64,000 bases of DNA, taken from assembly GCA_012295275.1 (NCBI GenBank), contig CM022673.1, forward strand, positions 18,352,001-18,416,000. Reading direction: 5' to 3'. The stretch comes from Chrysomallon squamiferum. Lineage: Eukaryota; Animalia; Mollusca. This document shows positions 62,931 to 64,000 of this stretch, piece after piece (the first letter of the stretch is position 1; every line of letters starts with the position of its first letter). The notes under the pieces are model-generated. The model made no database searches, was not told where the DNA came from, and worked only from the letters and a program-made list of their open reading frames with translations. Made by a program: the position numbers and the translations under genes.

Positions 62931-63335
62931 TAATATGTATGTGTGTGTGTGTGTGTGTAAAACGTAAAACAATATCAATATAAAACTTATTTCTGAGAAG
63001 CTTAGAATAATTAATAAATAAATACACATCAAATAAAACAACGACAACACTGCTATTCTTGTTATTTTCCATAGTGTTTAAAAAGAAGAAGGGAAAACAA
63101 AATAAAGAACAGAAAAAGTATACCTATAGTGGAACGTTAAACACTATCTGTGGTGATGCTATTACAGTTTTCGACTAAATATATTTTGTATGTTTCTGCT
63201 GAAGGTTTTGTTTCTTGTTTAAGGAAAAGTCTGTAATACATACACTAAATTTTACATCTATAACAATAAATATTAATTTTCTGTACTTCCGCAACTGTTC
63301 AAGGTCATACTGTATTAGTTACACAAAAGCTGCAT

Positions 63336-63379
<44 letters not shown>

Positions 63380-63520
63380 AAAGTTAGAACACGTGAATGG
63401 TGGAAATAAACACTGGCAGACGAAAACCAGGTTGCCAGGATGTTCAGTAACTTGAGAGATAAAGTCAAACTACTTTTAGATTGAGACGCATGCGTTTATT
63501 GTTGCTGGTGTTAAAATTCT

Positions 63521-63586
<66 letters not shown>

Positions 63587-64000
63587 ACATTATTAGTAGC
63601 AGGAGGATATAGCAGCAGTAATAACAGTGACTGTACTAACACCAGCAGCATTGTAATTAAAGAATATGAATAATGAATTAGCCAAATCTTAATATTTGCT
63701 TGAAGCATATTGCTGGATGGAGATATTATTTAATTATCTATCCATCTGTCTGTCTATTGTTATATTTTCAAAGTATATATATTCATTTATTTTTTATTCT
63801 TATTTTAGTTTTAAAAGTCAGGGGTATGTGTGTATGTGTGTGTTTGTGTGCGTGTGTGGGTGCGCAAGCGTATATAAAAGGATTTTTATTTCCAATCAAA
63901 ATATTATGTTTCCTTCTTATTTTACATTTTACAAATAAACAAATTTAATCAGTTTTGTTTTATTTTACTCCCTAAATTAATAATTATATAATACTTAATA

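Overview
AT-rich, microsatellite-dense animal genomic DNA with GT-AG introns. An invertebrate origin, probably lophotrochozoan or molluscan, is inferred from gene content and repeats but not proven. I assembled two complete, convergently transcribed genes by hand, each with consistent intron phases. (1) + strand, 19093-42568: 12 coding exons, 546 aa, a class B1 (secretin-family, calcitonin/CGRP-receptor-like) GPCR. It has a signal peptide, a long ectodomain with 14 Cys, and candidate alternative C-terminal exons at 38288-38342 and 39577-39638. (2) - strand, 54429-45295: 7 coding exons, 348 aa, a Gfo/Idh/MocA NAD-dependent oxidoreductase of the myo-inositol 2-dehydrogenase (IolG-like) type, with some non-consensus active-site motifs. 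The rest is intronic or intergenic. It holds a 338-bp MITE, a hAT-like terminus, decayed SINE and Tc1-like pieces, an ~0.87-kb tandem duplication, several minisatellites that abut splice sites (one built of CRE motifs) and many microsatellites. Microsatellites and other low-complexity AT-rich sequence explain most ORFs in the supplied track. No CRISPR array, rRNA or intact tRNA was seen.
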